Positions 12,021 through 25,000 of a stretch of 41,730 bases of DNA are shown piece after piece. This DNA comes from Jimgerdemannia flammicorona (Eukaryota), in contig RBNJ01000099.1 of NCBI GenBank assembly GCA_003990765.1, forward strand, positions 1 to 41,730. Direction: 5' to 3'. Position 1 is the stretch's first letter. Each line of letters opens with the position of its first letter. A model generated the notes under the pieces. The model ran no database searches. It was not told where the DNA came from and was given only the letters and a program-made list of their open reading frames with translations. The translations under genes were made by a program, and so were the position numbers.

Positions 12021-15000
12021 ATGGATATGAGACCATCAGTATTCCATAGATATACCTCAGATAAATCAATCATTACCTTCATTGACGATTTTGAGCAGTA
12101 TGCTGCTATAAGGACTCTGACAGCAGCACAGCAAGTAGCCCTCATGTCCTTCAGTCTACGAGGCCCTGCCAGAGCAGCATTCACAGCCGCAACCCATGCA
12201 GGAAATGATGCTGATGCCATACTGACAGCACAGAAGACCTGGCTCTGAAATACATATTATATAGACAAGATCAAGCAAGCCCTGAAGGATCAGCTCAAAA
12301 TAATATGCCAAGGAATGAGTGAGGATCCAAACACATTCTATACCAGAATTTGATATCAGATAATCCTTGCAGATTATGCTGCTGCTATCTGAGATCAAGT
12401 AGCCAAAGCAACCTTCATGAAAGGAGTCTATCCAGAAATAGCCATGGCCATCCGCTCATCACCAGTAATTCTGGATCTGCCACAGAAGGTCACCTATGCT
12501 CAGCGATACTGGATAGCCAGACACCCACAAGACCATACAATGGAGAGAGTTACAGGAGTCAGAATTGAGGCACCCAAGGCAATCAGTATGATCCCCACCA
12601 CAATGATCAATTGAAACACACCTCAGCCAAAAGCTACAGAGCAGCAAAAGAACAGTGACCCTATGGAGGAACTCACCAAAAGGTTTGCTGAAATGACTGC
12701 CCACCTGGGAGATGTGGTAAAGGAAATCCAAGGAAGAGATTGTCACCCTGTTCAGAAGTTTGCCGCTACCTCAGACAAGAAGAAAGGTACCTGCTACAGC
12801 TGTAGAGAAGAAGGCCACTACTCCTATAAATGTATGAGTGAAACCAAATGCAAGGCTCAACCAAGCAATACCACACGAAATAAGGAGCAGGCCAATATAA
12901 TCACTTTTGAAGAAATTGGAGAATCTGATGAAGAGGAATGGGAGGCCTATCCTGCTCAGACCACCAAGAAGGATGCTCACAAAGAACCCTACAAAAGACC
13001 GCCAGGAAGACCCAAGAAGAACCCAGTGGAAAAGCAGATGGAAACTGATACAGAAAGCCAAGCTGAAGAGATGGACCAAGATATCAAGCTGGAGCAAGCA
13101 GTTCAAGATATCATCCAAGGAACCACTCTAGCCAGTGAAGGAGAAAAAGAAAAGAAGCTTCGTAAGACCAAGACCTTTAAGTATGATATCTTCAAGGATC
13201 TCAGTCAACAAAAGGTCAATGCAACCTTTGATCAGCTTACAGAAATCCCAACATTCAGACAGCAAATGAGGTTTGGACTTGCCAAAACAACCAAGGAATA
13301 AGGATGGAAGATAACTGAGGCCAATAATATTCAAGAGGACTCAGGAGAAGAAAGTGAGAACAATCACAAAACCTCTGCTTATGTAATATGCCAAATTGAA
13401 GATAGAACCTTTGAAGCTATCATTGATATGTGAGCAGAAAGATGTCTCCTCAGTAAGAAGGCAGCAGACTGCCTAGGTTGAGATGTGGAAGAAGCAACTA
13501 AGCTAGTATTCATCACAGCCGATAGCACAAGAGCTACACCTCTGGGAAAGATCCGAGATGTTCCCATCAAGATCGGAGGAGCAATAATCCCAGTAGATGT
13601 AATCATAACCAATGCCACCAACTATGACATCCTCATTGGCAATCAATGACTTCACAAAGCCAAGGCGGTAATTGATCTCAATGCTCAGAAGATGCAAATC
13701 ACCTATCGGGGACAGAAGATACGAATTCCCATCAATGTCAACAAAGGAGTCCTGTCTGATATAGAGGAAGAAGAGAGTGAGCAAGAGGAAGCTTACATGG
13801 TAACTACTCCAAAGAAGAAGAAAGTTGGATGGATGAGTGAAGAAGAATGGTGCAAGAAGATCACAGAAGGTTATGCCCCACAAGGAGTCTGTCCTCATGG
13901 AATCAAGATATACTATATGGAGCATGTTAACAATTGCTACCAGTGCACCATTGGAACCAAGAAGATCTATCAGGAAAGAAGGCAGAAAGCTCTCGAAAAA
14001 CAGATCAGAGAAGAAGAGAAGAAGGAAGATGACGAACCACCAGTCCTCCTGGAGGACAGTGATGATGAAGAAGAAATCAAGGTCAAGATTCGAAAGATCC
14101 ACCCTAATGCAGTCTTGCTAGAATATAAGTCAGAAAACGCAGCCAGAATAGACATCGCTACAGTAGAAGAAACTGTACTGGAACCCCAGACAACCACCCT
14201 ACTCACAACTGGACTGGAGATGATCATCCCAAAGGATCATGTCAGGATTCTCAAGACAAGAAGTAGCCTGGCTAGAAGCGAAATCACAATTGAAGGAGGA
14301 GTTATTGATTCAGACTCTACTGGAGAAATTCTACTCATTGCTAGGAACCACAATCCTACAATTCCATTCCCAGTCAAGAAGAAGGACCGATTGGCACAGA
14401 TGTTGATCTTCCCAATCATACAGCCAAGGATCATAGAAGTCAAGAATCTGGAGAAAATGAAAAGAGGAAAGAAAGGATTCGGATCCATAGGAAGAGGAGT
14501 ATTCGCCAGCACCAAGATCACCGAACTTGAGCATAAGAAGGAGGAAAACATGAGCAAGTATAGTTATACTATTGGAGATGAATTCCCACTCAAGGAGGAA
14601 CTCAAGAAAATACTCCACAAATTCAAGGATGTCCTTGCCATGGATTTCAAGGATATCAAGGGAAAGACCCCACACTACTATCACGAGGTAGATACTGGAG
14701 ACACCGAACCAATTTACCAGAAGGTAATATCTGTCCCACCAGCCTACTGAGAATGGCTCAGAGAAGAAATCAAGCAGATGGAAGAAGCCAGCATCATCAA
14801 AGAAGCCAGCAGCCCCTGGTCTTCACTAGTTGTACTAGCCCCAAAAAAAGGAAGCAAATCTGGAGAATTTGCCCCAAGGCTCTGTGTTAACTATAGAAAG
14901 CTCAATGTAGTTACTAAGAAGGATCGCCAACCACTGCCGCTTATCAGTGACATCCTTATAACACTGGGAGATGAAGCAGAGTACTACAGCACCCTGGACT

Positions 15001-16013
15001 TATACTCAGGATTTCACCAAATCGGACTCACAGAGATGACAAGTGAAAAGTCAGCCTTCATCACCCCAGACAGAACCTACATCTACCTATGAATGCCATT
15101 CAGAATGTGCAATGCACCAGTAAGCTTTCAGCGAATGATGAACAAAATCTTCCACTATGACATGGGAAGATGGATGATAGTCTATATCGATGATATAATC
15201 ATCTACAGCAAGATACCTGAGGAACATCTGCAGCACATACAGTAGATAATGGAGAGACTAAGACAACATGGCCTTTATATTAAACCCAAGAAGTGCATGT
15301 TTGCAGAAATTGAGATCTCCTATCTTGGCCATATTATCAATCAAGATGGAACATACATGGACCCCCTCAAAATACAAGCAGTAGCAGCATACCCAAGGCC
15401 CACTACTGTCACAGAAGCCCAAGCCTTCATGGGACTCACCTCCTACTATCGCAGATTCATTAGAGGATTCTCCAACATCACAGGTCCAATCTATGAACTC
15501 AACAAGAAGGATATCAAGTTCCAGTAGACTGGCAGACAACAAAAAGCATTTGACGAACTCAAGATCAGACTAACTCAGGCACCCATCCTCAGATGACCCA
15601 ATTGGACCCAAGAATTTATCCTTTAGACAGATGCAAGTATACAGGGACTAGAAGCAGTCCTAGCTCAAAAAGAAGACAAAAAAGAGTATGTCATTGCATA
15701 TCTTAGCCGCGGAACCTGAGGGGCTGAAAAAGAATATGAGTCCTACAAGTTGGAATGCCTTGCAGTCATCTGGGCTGTGGAAAAGTTCCACTACTATCTG
15801 GCTGGAAGACACTCCACCATCCAGACAGACCACTCAGCTCTCATCTGGCTACTGACAACTAGACAACCCAAGGGAATCTATGCCAGATGGATAATGAAGT
15901 TACAAGCCTATGATGTAACCATTGTACACTGCCCTGGAAGAACAAATTCCAATGCAGATGCTCTCTCATAGACACCTTGAACTACCTCCAACCAACAAAT
16001 CAATCATGAATAA
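12021..16013 (+). pseudogene. gag-protease-dUTPase-RT-RNase H polyprotein in a single frame with many nonsense mutations
   Basis: ORF pieces at 12021, 12417, 12663, 13692, 14778, 15249 and 15750 are all in one frame. CYSCREEGHYSYKC knuckle, AIID protease site, dUTPase motifs RSSLA/GGVIDSD/RLAQML/RGKKGFGS, RT LDLYSGFHQI and YIDD, RNase H TDAS...TDH...NADALS. Confidence 0.95.
14076..14495 (+). other. dUTPase domain within pol, between protease and RT
   Basis: All five trimeric dUTPase motifs are recognisable (A.IDI, RSS, GVIDSD, RLAQ, RG..GFGS). Confidence 0.93.
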
Positions 16014-17198
16014 GGAGCTCTACTACAGAATTATCACATACCTGGGACAGCAAAAGATGCCCCAACATCTGGAAGAATGGACACAAATGATTATCAACAG
16101 AACATGGAAACAATTCGAAACTGATAGAGAAACACTGAAGAAAGGAAAACTACTGGTCATACCAGAACACAAGAAGGAGCAAGCGATGAAATCAGTATAC
16201 AAACTTGGCCATCTAGGAGGAACGAATACATATAACAAGGCAAGAAGAACAATATGGTGGCCAGGGATGGAGGAAGATATCAGACAATTTGTCAAGACAT
16301 GCAATAAATGCCAGAAACAGAAATAAGACCAATGGAATCAGGCTCCAGGATCAGCATACATAGAACCAGTACCATTTGCCCATATAGCAATAGATATAAT
16401 CGGCCCTCTACCCTTGATCCTGAGTGGTAACTGATATATCATTGTTATCATAGACCTTTTTATGAAGTGGATAGAAGCAGGACCCCTCAAGGAAGCCAAT
16501 GTACAGTCAATCACTGATTTCTTCCACAAGGAAATCATCTGCCAGTTCAAGACCCCAACACAAGTAACTACAGATAGAGGAACAGAATTTGTGAACCAGC
16601 TCTTTGAGGTTCTCTACAAGAAGTACAAGATCCAGCACATTCGGACCACAGCCTATCACCCCAAGGAAATGGACAAGTAGAAAGGACCAACAAAACCCTC
16701 AAGAATGTCATTGCCAAGATCTGTGATAACTACGAGAACTGGGATCACTATCTGCCAATAGCATTATCTGCTCTCCGGGATATCTGATCACAAAGCACCC
16801 ACTTTACCCCTTGAGAAATACTGTTTGAAGAAGAATATCCTCAAGGAACTCTATCATCCAATGGAGATGCTGTATGGAAACATGTGGACATGGAAATACA
16901 GAGACTATACCAAATCAGGAAGAAGGCTGAGGATTACATAACCAAGGTGCAGGCACTACAATAGAGGAATGCAGAAAAAACCCATAAGCCCTTAGAGATT
17001 ATCAAGATAGGAGACAAGGTCCTAGTGTATTGGAATATGGTAGAAGCTTCATGGTCACGAAAACTGGAGCCTAAGTAGAAAGGACCTTACCTTGTGCAAG
17101 ATATAAAAGGGACCACCTTTTGGCTATGAAAACCCTCAGGCACAATAATCCCCACCACCATTCACCGAAACTGACTCAAGAAATATCATAGTCAGTAA
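16006..17198 (+). pseudogene. Integrase, encoded as a separate ORF in the +1 frame
   Basis: MNKELYYRIITYL..., GHLG...WWPGM...CNKCQ, IAIDIIGPL, TDRGTEF, VERTN, GPY motif. No chromodomain. 1-bp deletion near 16660. Confidence 0.92.
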
Positions 17199-17211
17199 CA
17201 AAAGTACTGCG

Positions 17212-17649
17212 ATGGCACTCAAGATCACTAGTACTACCCAAAGAGCCATCAAAAGACAATGGCACACCACTGAGCCTCTGACCATAGAGGTATACTATGA
17301 GGATATTCAAAGTATCATACAGACTCATCTCTCTTGGATCTCGTACTTTAGAGTCTATCAATATCGGGCAGAATTCCAAGAGTACTTCAAGCTTAGGCAG
17401 GTGCTCAATCAGGATCCAGCAAAGACCAAGGAGGACTGGATTGCCAAGTGTTAACTCTCCCACTCACAGATCACTATTGCTAAAAGGATCCACAAGTTAT
17501 TCTGAGAAGATGAACTAGCAATAGACCACCTGAGAGGAGTAACCCCCACTGACTTTGAGAAAGTGAGGAGACATCATTGGGAAACAGTCATACAGCAAAT
17601 TGCACAGTATAAGACCATACAGATGGTTGAAGCCTGGGAGTTTGAATAG
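17212..17649 (+). pseudogene. 3' accessory ORF (~145 aa), unknown function
   Basis: ATG 13 nt after the IN stop; two internal stops, one of which is CAG in copy C; also present in C. Confidence 0.7.
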
Positions 17650-17675
17650 ATGCCCCAAGGATGAGACCATCTATT

Positions 17676-17685
17676 CAGGAGGAAG
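17676..17685 (+). other. Polypurine tract
   Basis: CAGGAGGAAG just before the 3' LTR. Confidence 0.85.
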
Positions 17686-17686
17686 T

Positions 17687-18145
17687 TGTGACAGTACAGC
17701 CAAATTTGGAAGAAGGAAATAGAGAATAGACACTTGATCGCACCCAGTCCCAAAGTAGTATAGCCTTATATATAGTTAGCAGTCTTCGATTTCGACATTG
17801 TCTAAATTCTTAGACATTATCCAAATTGAACACTCCGATTTAGTATAGCATTTCAATATTGTCTAAATTTCTAGACATTGTCTAAATGACTTATAACTTA
17901 GCTGCATAACTCAGTAGCCACCTCATAGCTAGCAAACTTGTATAAATAACCCAGTATCTTTGAGTGAATAAACCTTAGATCGAAAGTATTAGAAAAAGAA
18001 CAAGTATACCGATAAAGGGACTTTCGGGATTATCTCTTAAACACATTTGGCCTTAAGGAACTACTGACTCTGGAAGTCAAGAAGACAAGAATTCAAGATA
18101 AAGAAATCTGATGTACTTGCCCATCTTAGCGTCTGCTATATTACA
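17687..18145 (+). repeat. 3' LTR of element B
   Basis: Direct repeat of the 5' LTR. Confidence 0.97.
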
Positions 18146-20378
18146 GTATGTAAGTCAATAGACTTAGTAATCTTACTCAATTTTGAAGAGAAGGCAAACT
18201 TGGGCAAAAAGTATTTACTTAATCTTGTCTTATATATCTTAAACTACTTATCTGTGAGATCATACAATACTACTCAGTCATATCATAGACTCTCATAAAA
18301 CTGTTACTTATAGCAAACAAGTTGGCAAAATATAGCTAAATCTAATTTTGTATCCACAAATAGATTATAAACTCTAATTGATAAAGTGATAAAGATTTAA
18401 TCTATAGAGATTAAGGAGATATTAGAAATATTACCAAAAAAGTTTACAGGCTAGCTTATATAAATAACTTACTGTTAGATTTGAAAGTTTGAAAAGATTT
18501 TTCATATTCACTTAATGATGATATTCATTTCTAGATACAAACTAGAGATTATGAAAAAATGTTTGAGTGATAAGTTTGAGATCATATAGCTTAAATAATT
18601 TTGAAACTTCAGTGTACCTTTAAAGATACTAGTACTCAGGTACCAGTATTTCTCAGTTATTAGTGAGCTTGAGATGTCTATGAACTTACTGGTTATAATA
18701 TGATCAAGCTTGTCCTTAAGTACTGTTTGGTACTCTACAAACTTGATAACTTGGAGAAGAGAATTATGTTTATTTATTTATCAATATGGTATCTTAACTT
18801 CTATATAATATTGATGTTTAGTTATCTCTGTATCAGTATTATCTGATATATCAAATGTTCAAGTTGATTTAGAAATATGCTATAGAGTATAGAGTTTTTC
18901 AAGGTTTAGTAAACTTGGTGAGATCTCTGCAACTATTCTTTTAGTTTATTGAATTGAGATAATAGTATATCTTGATCTATAAGTATTTTTTCAGTCTAGA
19001 CTAGTGATGAGATATAGAAGTACCACTTAATAAATATTGTGAGATATTTGATAATATTAAGTAATTTGAAAATCCCTCTCATATATAGAAGGAATATCTT
19101 TTAAATTCTTTTTTTTTTTTAGTTAAATAGTTCACAAACTTACTATAATATATATAATACTTATATATATCAGTTATTGATATTCAGCTATAGTTATTTG
19201 ACTAAGATTTGAAATTCTAATAGAGAATTTTTTGAGCTCAAGATATTAAGAAACAGGTTAAATATAGAGATCTAGCTCTAGTATAAGTAGGTTTGTCAAA
19301 TATGTATCAAATAAACTTTTAATAAGATTAAGAGTTAGATTAACCAGGTATTCTCAGATATATTTTTTCACTTGATGAAATATATTAGATATAATTATTA
19401 AATAAATATTTGTAAGAGGTAGTTTCCATAATATATTCTGGAGTTTAGTTAATAGATAATATAATTATTAGTAAAAAATATTTATTCAAAAACAAGCAAA
19501 ATTAATATATATAGTTAGTCTCCACAATCTACACTCTTGAAGGCTCTTCTCAGCTATTTTATATTTGCCTTTCAAATTGTAAATCTGTGTATTTACAATA
19601 GCTCTCTATATTTCAGGAACTATTTATAGAGGATATATTTTATCAAGATATAAAAATTGCAAGTAAGAGGTCATATATTTTAAGCAGGCTTGATTTATAT
19701 AAATTAGGCAGATTAAACATGCCTTTGGATAATTGACTATAAAGAACATAACTACTAGATAGTAATTATAAATTTTGCTATCTGATTTATATATAATGAT
19801 ACTACTATAAAATATATTTATGATCAACTATCAAATAATAAATTTTTTATTTAAACAATTTTATAATTACAAATATTATCTTTTTCTTACTATTGTAATA
19901 TAGCAGATACTTAATCTTAGAAGTATGTCAGATTTTTGTATCTTGAAAACTTGATCTTCTTTGACTCTATAGAGTCCTCAGAATATAGAGGTGGGTGAGT
20001 TTGAAGTATATCTGCCTGCAGACTTACTAGTTCCTTTGCTTTCTCTTTGCTTTGAACTATTTCAACCTGAGGTTTATTTACTCTAAGATACTGGGTTATT
20101 TATATAAGTTTGCTAGCTATAAGGTAGGTGGCTAAGTTATGAGTTATTTCAAAAGTGTCAAAATATTTTGATATTGTCAAAATACTATACTATATTAGGT
20201 CTTTGATTTCAAATCTTTCAAAATATTTAGAAATTGTTGAAATCAGAGACTGCTAACTATAAGACTATGCTAATTTAGAACTAATAGTGATTAAGTATCT
20301 ATTCTCTATTTCCTTTTTCCAAATTTGGTTCTACTATTACAACTTTCTCCTAAATAGATAGTCTCATCCCTAAAACAT

Positions 20379-20817
20379 CTATTCAAATTCTCAGACCATA
20401 ATAGTCTATATGGTCTTGTACTATATAATCTGTTGTATTACTGTCTCTCAATGGTATCACCTTACTAGCTTGAAATCAGTGGGAGTTATTCATCATAAGT
20501 AGGCTAGTACTGGTTCATTATCTCAGAATAACTTATAAATTCTTTTAGCAATAGTGATTTATGAATAGAAGAGCTGACACTCTGTGATCTAATTATCCTT
20601 GGTCATTTCTGGGCTCTTATTAAGTATCTGTTCAAGTTTGAAGTACTCTTGGAACTCTGTCCAATAGTGGTAGACCTTAAAGTGTAAAATTTTGAGAGAG
20701 ATGAGTCTATATGATACTTTGGATACTATCATAAGATTCTTCTATAGTTGGAGGTTCTGTGGTATACTATTGTCTCTCAATGGCTCTTTGAGTAGTACTA
20801 GTGATCTTGAATACTAT
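20379..20817 (-). pseudogene. Accessory ORF of element C
   Basis: Colinear with 17212-17649 (ITIAKRIYKLF...ITPTDFK). Confidence 0.7.
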
Positions 20818-20830
20818 TGCTGTGCTTCAG

Positions 20831-22016
20831 TTATTGGCCATAGTTCTTCTTGAGTCAGTTTTGATGAATAGTAGTTTGTGCCTGAGAGTTTTCATAGCCA
20901 AAATGTGGTCTCTTTTATATATTGCACAAGGTAAGGTCCTTCTCACTTAGGCTCCAGTTTTTATGACCATAAAGCTTCTACTATATTCCAATATATCAGA
21001 ATCTTATCTCCTATCTTAATAATCTCCAGAGGCTTATAAATCTTTTCTGCATTATTCTGCTATAGTGCCTGCACCTTGGTTATATAATCCTTAGCCTTCT
21101 TCCTGATTTGGTATAATCTCTGTATTTCTCCATCTACATATTTCTATATAGCATCTCTATTAAACAATAGGGTTTTTTGAGAACTTTCTTTTCTGAACAG
21201 CATTTCCCAAAAAGTGAAATGAGTGCTTTGTGATTAAATATCCCAGAGAGTAGATAATGCTATTAGTAGATAGTGATCCCAGTTTTCATAGTTATTACAG
21301 ATCTTGGTAATAACATTCTTGAGGGTCTTGTTGGTTCTTTCTGTTTATCTATTTTCTTGAGAATGGTATACTATAGTCTGAATATACTGGATCTTGTACT
21401 TCTTGTAGAGAACCTCAAAGAACTAGTTCATGAATTCTGTTTCTCTGTCTATGGTTACTTGTATTGAGGTCTTGAACTGGCAGATAATTTCTTTATGAAA
21501 GAAATTAGCAATTGACTGTGCATTGACTTCCTTGAAGGATTCTGCCTCTATCTATTTCATGAAAAGGTCTATGATGATAATAATATATTGGTTGTCAGTC
21601 AAGGTCAAGAGTAGAGGGTCAATCACATCCATTACAATATAGACAAATGGTACTAGTTCTATATATGCTGATCTTGGGGCTTAATTTCATTAATCTTGTT
21701 TCTATTTCTAATATTTATTGCAGATCTTGACAAATTGTCTGATATCTTTCTTTATTTCTGACTACTATATTGTTCTTCTTGCTTTATTATATATGTTTAT
21801 TCCTTCTAGATAGCCAAGTTCATATATTGATTTCATTACTTACTCTTTCTTGTGTTCTGATATGACTAGTAGTTTTTCTTTCTTTAGTATTTCTCTATCA
21901 GTTTCAAATTGTTTCTATGTTCTGTTGATAATCATTTGTGTCTATTCTTCCAGATGTTGGGGAATTCTTCACTGTTCCAGATAGGTAATAATTCCATAGT
22001 AGAGCTTCTTATTTAT
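20831..22016 (-). pseudogene. Integrase of element C
   Basis: Colinear with the B integrase; start codon decayed to ATA. Confidence 0.85.
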
Positions 22017-25000
22017 GATTGATTTGCTAGTTGGGAGTCCTTTAGAGTATCTATGAGAGAGCATTTACATTGACATTGGTTCTTCCTGAGCAGTACTTAA
22101 TAGTTATGTCATATGCTTACAACTTCATAATCTATCTGATATAGATTCCTTTAAATTGCCCAGTGGTCAGTAACTAAGTAAGAGCTAAGTAGTCTATCTG
22201 AATAGTGAAGTATCTTTTAGTAAGATAGTAGTAGAACTTCTCTACAGCCCAGATGACTGCAAGACATTCCAACTTATAAGATTCATATTCTTTTTTAGCT
22301 CTTTGGGTTCCTTGGCTTAGATATATAATGACATACTTCACTTTATCTTTCTTTTGAGCTAAGACTATTCTTAGTTCTTGAGTACTTATATCTATCTGCA
22401 GAATGAATTCTTGAGTCCAATTAGGTCTTCTGAGGATGGGTGTCTGGGTCAGTCTGACCTTAAGCTCATCAAATACTTTTTGTTGCCTACCAGTCTATTG
22501 GAACTTAGTATTCTTCTTATTGAGTTTGTAGATTGAACCTATAATGTTAGAGAATCCTCTGATAAATCTTTGGTAATATGAGGCAAGTTCCATAAAGACT
22601 TGGGCTTTAGTAACAGTAATAGACCTTAGATATGCTATTACTGCTTATATCTTGAGAGGATCAGTGTATATTCTATCTCAATTAATGATGTGTCCAAAAT
22701 AAGAGATCTCAATTTCTATAAATTTACATTTCTTGGGCTTAATATATAGGTCATGCTTTCTCAGCTTTTCTATTATCTGCTAGATGTACTGTAGATATTC
22801 CTCTGATATCTGGCTGTAGATAATTATATTATCTATATAAACTATTATTTATCTTTCTATATTATAGTAGAAGATTTTGTTCATCATTCACTGGAAACTT
22901 ACTAGTACATTGCATATTCTAAATAACATTTGCAGATAGATATAGATTCTATCTGGGGTGATGAAGGCTGATTTCTCACTTGCTGTTTCTGTGAGTTTGA
23001 TTTGGTGAAATCCTAAATATAGATCCAAAGTACTATAGTACTATACTTTATCTTCCAGAGTTATAAGAATATCACTGATAAGAGACAGTAGTTGTCAATC
23101 CTTCTTGGTGACTACATTGAGCTTTCTGTAATCAATACAGAGTCTTGGGATAAATTCTCCAGACTTGTTTCTTTTTTTTGGAGCTAGTATAACTAGTAAA
23201 GACTAGGGGCTATTGGCCTCCTTAATGATACTAGCTTCTTCCATCTGCTTGATTTCTTCTCTGAGCTACTCTCAGTAGGCTGACAGGACAGATCTTACCT
23301 TCTGGTAAATTGGTTTGGTATCTCCAGTATCTACATTATAATAATAGTATAGACTCTTTTCTTTGATATCCTTGAAGTTTGTAATAAGGACATCCTCAAA
23401 TTTATAGAGTATTTTCTTGAGCTCCATATTGAGTGGGAATTTATTTCCAATAGTATAGCTATGCTTATTTGTAGTTTTCTCCTTCTTGTACTCCAGCTTA
23501 ATAATCTTGATACTAGTGAATACTCCTCTTTCTGTAGATCTGAATTTTTTTTTTTCTCTCTCTGTTTCCTTCAGCTTCTTAACTTCTATGATCTTTAGTT
23601 GTAGGATCAGAAAGATCAGTATCTATACTGACCAGTCCTTCTTCTTAACTGGAAAAGGTATTGTAAAATTATAGTTCCTAGTAATGAGTAGGATTTCTTC
23701 AGTATAATCTGAATTGATGACTCCTCCTTCAATTATAATTTCACTCTTAGCCAGACTGCTTCTTGTCTTGAGGATCCCAACATAATCCTTTAGGATTGTC
23801 ATCTCCATGCTGATTATAAGTAGAGTAGTTATCTGAGATTCAAGTACAGTTTTCTCTACTATAGTAATATCTATTCCAGCTATATTTTCTAACTTGTATT
23901 CTGGTAGGACTATATTAAAATGAATCTTTTGAATCTTGATCTTGATTTCCTCTTCATCATTACTGTCTTTGAGAAGAGCTAGTGGTTTATCATCCTTTTC
24001 TTCTTTTATTTTCTTCTCTTCTCTTATCTGTTTCTCAAGGGCCTTCTCTCTTTTTTGATAGTAGATCCTTGATTTTGCCAGTATACTGGTAACACTCATT
24101 GATATGCTCTATACAGTATATTCAGATCCCATAGGGGCAGACTTCTTATAGTGCATATTCTTTCATAATCTTCTTATACCAGTCTTCTTCACTCATCTAT
24201 CTAATTTTCTTCTTCTTTTTCTGAGTTATTACTATATAGACTTCTTCTTGTTTACTATCTTCTTCCTCTATCTTAGGCAAGACTCCTTTGTTGATATTGA
24301 TGGAAATTTGCATCTTCTGTCTATAATAGATGATCTGTATCTTCTAAACATTCAGATCAATTACTGTCTTGACTTTATAAAGTTACTGATTACTGATGAG
24401 GATATCATAGTTGGTTGCATTGATCATGATTATATCTACTAAAATGGTTGCTCCTTCAAACTTGATGGGAATATCTCAGATCTTTCTCAGAGGTGTGACT
24501 CTTATGTATACTATCTGCTGTGATGAATACCAATTTAGTTGCCTCTTCAACTTTCCAATCTAGGTAGTCTGCTGCTTTCTTGCTGAGGAGGCATTCTCTT
24601 GCTCTTATATCAATAATAGCCTCAAAGACTTTATTCTTGATTTGACAGATTGCATAGGCAGAGATCTTACAGTTGTCTTTACTTTCTTCTCCTAAGTTCT
24701 TTTGAACATTGTTAGCCTCAGTTATCTTCCATTCTTACTCCTTGATTGTTTTGGTAAGTTCAAATCTCATTTGTTATCTGAATGTAGGGATTTCTACCAG
24801 CTGCCCAAAGGTTGCATTGATCTTTTATTAACTAAGATCCTTGAAGATATCATACTTGAAGGTCTTAGTCTTGCAAAGCTTCTTCTTCTTTTCTCTTTTA
24901 CTGACTAGAGTAGTTTCTCAGATGATATCTTGAACAGCTTGTTCTAGCTCCATATCTTGATTCATTTCTTTATATTGACTTTCTGTAGCAGTCTCTATCT

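Larger units (their letters stand above)
11453..18145 (+). mobile_element. Full-length Ty3/Gypsy LTR retrotransposon with dUTPase (element B)
   Basis: Paired LTRs with TG...CA ends, TSD GTAT (11449-11452 and 18146-18149), PBS-like site, PPT, domain order gag-PR-dUT-RT-RH-IN. Confidence 0.97.
10500..19060 (+). pseudogene. Possible hAT transposase relic split by element B (parts ~10500-11448 and 18150-19060)
   Basis: Very eroded hAT-like motif order read by eye (PxISQ-like, KL..W, FP.xS.L, xFS..GLV...R..L); AT-rich with no long ORF. Confidence 0.3.

Noticed and set aside
17212-17649. env or chromodomain downstream of integrase
   Set aside because: Too short for env, with no hydrophobic signal or TM segment; no chromodomain aromatic pattern.
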